A stretch of 50,099 nucleotides of DNA, the filler included, from Catajapyx aquilonaris (taxonomy: Eukaryota): assembly GCA_000934665.2 (NCBI GenBank). It is 2 parts of 2 records of this genome, joined end to end, with 100 filler letters (N's around TTAATTAATTAA, not from the genome) between each part and the next. Parts side by side here need not be neighbours in the genome. Positions count along the whole stretch, not along the records: positions 25,158 to 50,099 come from JYFJ02005444.1; 1 more part is not named here. The stretch is one strand, 5' to 3'. This document shows positions 46,901 through 50,099 of this stretch, piece after piece (the first letter of the stretch is position 1; every line of letters starts with the position of its first letter). The translations under genes were made by a program, and so were the position numbers. Below the pieces are notes generated by a model. That model saw nothing but the letters and a program-made list of their open reading frames with translations. It did no database searches and was not told the DNA's origin.

Positions 46901-47955
46901 ATTAAATGCGTCTGAATGCTGAATCGTGGCTGCGACCACTCGCTTGCATCTCATCCACAGTAATATAGTTGTTACTTTTAGTCCACTTTATATTTACAAT
47001 GACCACACCTTCAGTGGCACTTTCAGTGGTCCTGCAAAATCAGCACATAGGGGAGCAAATACATAACATCGTTATAGACCAACAACCACCTGCTTATCTT
47101 TCTCGTCCCGTGTGTCTGCAGGCTGCACAAGGGCTGCAACCAGCTGGCATCGACAGTCTCGCGTCTCATGCGCTGCTGAGTAGTTACTGTTGTTTGCACT
47201 TCACAATGGGCCGCACCCAGCTGAAATCCTGAAACCAATTGGAGCGTTCATGTTACGTATACTTCGACACATAGGTAGTCCCACACTTGTATGAAACCTC
47301 TGCAGCCGACGGTATTTACAACACACACCAGAGATACGTGCATGAGGCGTCGGACCTTCGGCTCCAAACGAAACTACAAAAGGCAGTAGTTGGACGCCAT
47401 GTTTATTGCACCCCCCGGCTTTATGACATAAGTCCACATATAATCTACGCTGATTATATTTAGCAACACAAATTTTCAGAGACATTATTAAGTTATTTTC
47501 GTCCCTTTTCACTCAAATTCGCTTATTATTGGTGGCAAATGTACTTTTTGCGATCTGGTGGCAATGAAAGGAACTACTCAGGAACCACGAATGGGACTTG
47601 AAAACTTGATTAGGGTGGCCGGGTGGCCATTTCCAAATCTTCAAAAACGACACATCTGCTATGTATATCAATGTACTGCAGTACATATATAACTTATGTA
47701 CAATCTGTTATGTAGGGCCTATAGTATTAGTATGTATTTAGTTACATTACTGTACACCTTTGTCAAAAAATTGTGTTTACACACACTAACTTAACGAGTC
47801 AAAGAGTGAAGGCTATTCAATTTCAGTTATATCTATGTCAGCTCATCATAATATTATGCCTTTTTACTTCATGATAACCGAAACACACAAATTACCAAAT
47901 TAATGACTAGTCTTAAGCCTAAAAATGTAACTAAATCAAACATATATGGTTTATG

Positions 47956-48036
47956 ACAACAACGTCACGACATTTCCCTATGAGGGGTAGTCAGCGATGA
48001 AGGGATAGACACAAGCTAACCCAACATATGAACTAC
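47956..48036 (-). mobile_element. 3' end of a retroposon with (GTT)n tail; second copy at 50006-50099
   Basis: acaacaac.tcacgacatttccctatgaggggtagtcagcgatgaaggga occurs twice. Confidence 0.6.
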
Positions 48037-48284
48037 ATTAAAACTTGTGAAAATAAAACTATAAACAACCCGTCCCACACCCCACCCCTGTCCATCACAG
48101 ACGACAGACACGGAATATTGAATTTAAATATTACACTATGCAATACGGTACTTCGCCAAACCAAGCCCCCTCGCCACCAGCCACGACTACTCCAGACGCC
48201 CTGGCCACGCCGACGTTATGGCACCACCCTTGTGTTGTAACATTTTGTTTTACCCAATTGTGGAGAAGTGTTGGAGAAGGGGAT

Positions 48285-48445
48285 ATGGTGTCCGACTGCT
48301 AATCAGGAGGTCCTAGGATCAAATCCCGGGGCCAGCAACTCTGACCGTGGTTTTCTGTGGTTTCCCACGGTCCTTCCAGGAAAATTCCGGAGTTGCTTCC
48401 GTAATTAATAGGCCACAGCCGCTTCCTTCTGTTCCTATCCTATCC
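48285..48445 (+). mobile_element. Degraded tRNA-derived SINE (insect-type body)
   Basis: B-box-like GGATCAAATCCCG followed by ggttttctgtggtttccc...ccagg...ggccacagccgcttccttc. Confidence 0.55.
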
Positions 48446-48655
48446 CAAAGAGCACAGTAAAAATGAAAAGTAAAGAGTTTCAGGCAAAACAAACTTCCCC
48501 CCTAAAGAGCCGAAAGAGGCTGATAACACGGTATGAATTATTATAATACAACACCTTGCACCTCATCGACCCCNAGGACGTCCCCTCTACTTGCCGGAGC
48601 GAAGGAAGCCTTATCCTCAGACCTATTTACCTATTTACCCATTAATTAACCTACG

Positions 48656-48916
48656 TCATTTACACCTATCCAAACAAACAGCCCTAGCCTCAGCCACGTC
48701 CATGGTCCTATTGACACATGAACGACGGCTTAACACTACTATAGCAACACCCTTAAGACACTGACCCACCTGGTCCAACCATGTCTTCCTAGGCCTCCCC
48801 TTGCCCCTCTTACCAGCTACTCCACCCAAATAAACCTTCTTCACAATCTCCTCCTCCTTCATCCTCTCCACATGGCCAAACCACCTTAGAGTAGACCTAC
48901 ACACCTTATCTTTAAC
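48656..48916 (-). mobile_element. RTE-clade LINE, 5'-truncated C-terminal fragment
   Basis: LRWFGHVERM..IVKKVY...GKRGKGRPRKTWLDQV motif. Confidence 0.8.
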
Positions 48917-50005
48917 AGTTTATTTTTTTGGTTTATGACGAGTTGAAATATAGGCTACCATAAAAGGCTATATAAAAAGCTGTAGAAAATGTAAATCACA
49001 TACAGTACTTAAGATAATTTATTTGTCAAATGGCACTATAATGAGATATTGAGATGAATGCTATATTGTGGTATTTTTTCTAAAATGAATTTTCAAAAAG
49101 GACCTACACATAGTACTTGGGTGGTGTAAATGGAGCCAATATTAACAGCAGTGTTTCTTACATAAAAATACGTCAGTGGTTATTGTGGCCATCAGTTCCC
49201 GAACTTTCAGCTGTTCTAGTGCAGGTCAGGAAATTTTTTACTGTATATGATTTTTTAAAGACTAGCACCAAAAAGAAGGCCAATGAATCAGTCATTCTTG
49301 AGGTAGAGAAGGACGGACACAGTGCTCAAAAGAAGGACGTCAGGCCACCCTAGTCGTGACCCTAACATACGGTGACTTCAACACCCCAAGTTAAATCAAT
49401 GTAAAATAACCGGGGTTAAAGACATTATATATTGATAGACCTATGTGGCCAACACTGGTACTGCTAAGTTAGCAGTTGTAGCTATCAGCGAGACGAAAAT
49501 TCCACCCCTAGTTTCATAGCGTAAAATACCACCGGCTCCTTAATAATGTGAAGATCGTTATTGACATAGTACAATAATACATACCAGTATGGTTTGTTAA
49601 GATCATGCAGGGGAACAAAACGCTTCATTACAATACCAATAAATTTATTCCAACCTTGCTGTTGAAGTACCACCCCTTTCTTCCTTCCAACCAATAAATT
49701 ATGGACACAGTTTTACAGGGCTTTTATGCATGACTAGCCAGAAGCCTGTCTCTCTCATGTGGCCAGGCCATGTTCAATACTATCCAACATAGTTCAAAGA
49801 AAAGCTTTGTGTAACTGAAATTGGCTGCATCACTATTAGAGCATAATGTGATGCCAAGAAGATGATATTAGTCACTAAATGCTCTCTAGAGCAGAAAATT
49901 CTAAGTGGAGAATACAATTGATCCACAAGACAATATTTTCATGGTACAAAAACCATGAATTCATAATATGTGGCAACTACACCTGATTGAACTGACTTTT
50001 CAAAT

Positions 50006-50099
50006 ACAACAACAACAACAACAACAACATCACGACATTTCCCTATGAGGGGTAGTCAGCGATGAAGGGAGACGCAAGCTAACCCAATATATGAACTAA
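50006..50099 (-). mobile_element. Retroposon 3' end with (GTT)n tail, cut by the window edge
   Basis: (CAA)n followed by the same ~70 bp as at 47956. Confidence 0.6.

Overview
Eukaryotic (animal, probably arthropod-like) genomic DNA, not prokaryotic. An artificial contig linker (N44-TTAATTAATTAA-N44, 25058-25157) splits the window, so the two halves may not be adjacent in the genome. LEFT (1-25057) is a ubiquitin-ligase receptor cluster on the minus strand. It holds one spliced gene with two duplicated ankyrin exons joined to an RNF34/RFFL-like C-terminal RING. Next come four intact F-box/LRR paralogs and one 3' fragment, in ~4-kb tandem units. The F-box motif is nearly invariant, while changes concentrate on the LRR xLxLxx strand positions, and the paralogs are mosaics of one another. 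The ankyrin-RING gene and the F-box genes share a homologous 5' module; upstream of the ankyrin-RING gene part of it has expanded into a 36-bp minisatellite reading as zinc-finger linkers (GEKPYLHIRCPA)n. The units are interleaved with a decayed plus-strand THAP/C2H2 zinc-finger gene, and a 30-bp-stem hairpin derives from the F-box leader sequence. RIGHT (25158-50099) is dense in non-autonomous transposons (PIF/Harbinger, hAT, Tc1/mariner, Kolobok-like, tRNA-SINEs, an RTE LINE fragment, several nested) around one intact BTB plus 14-zinc-finger gene. All calls come from manual reading; splice sites are inferred from GT/AG, polypyrimidine tracts and frame.
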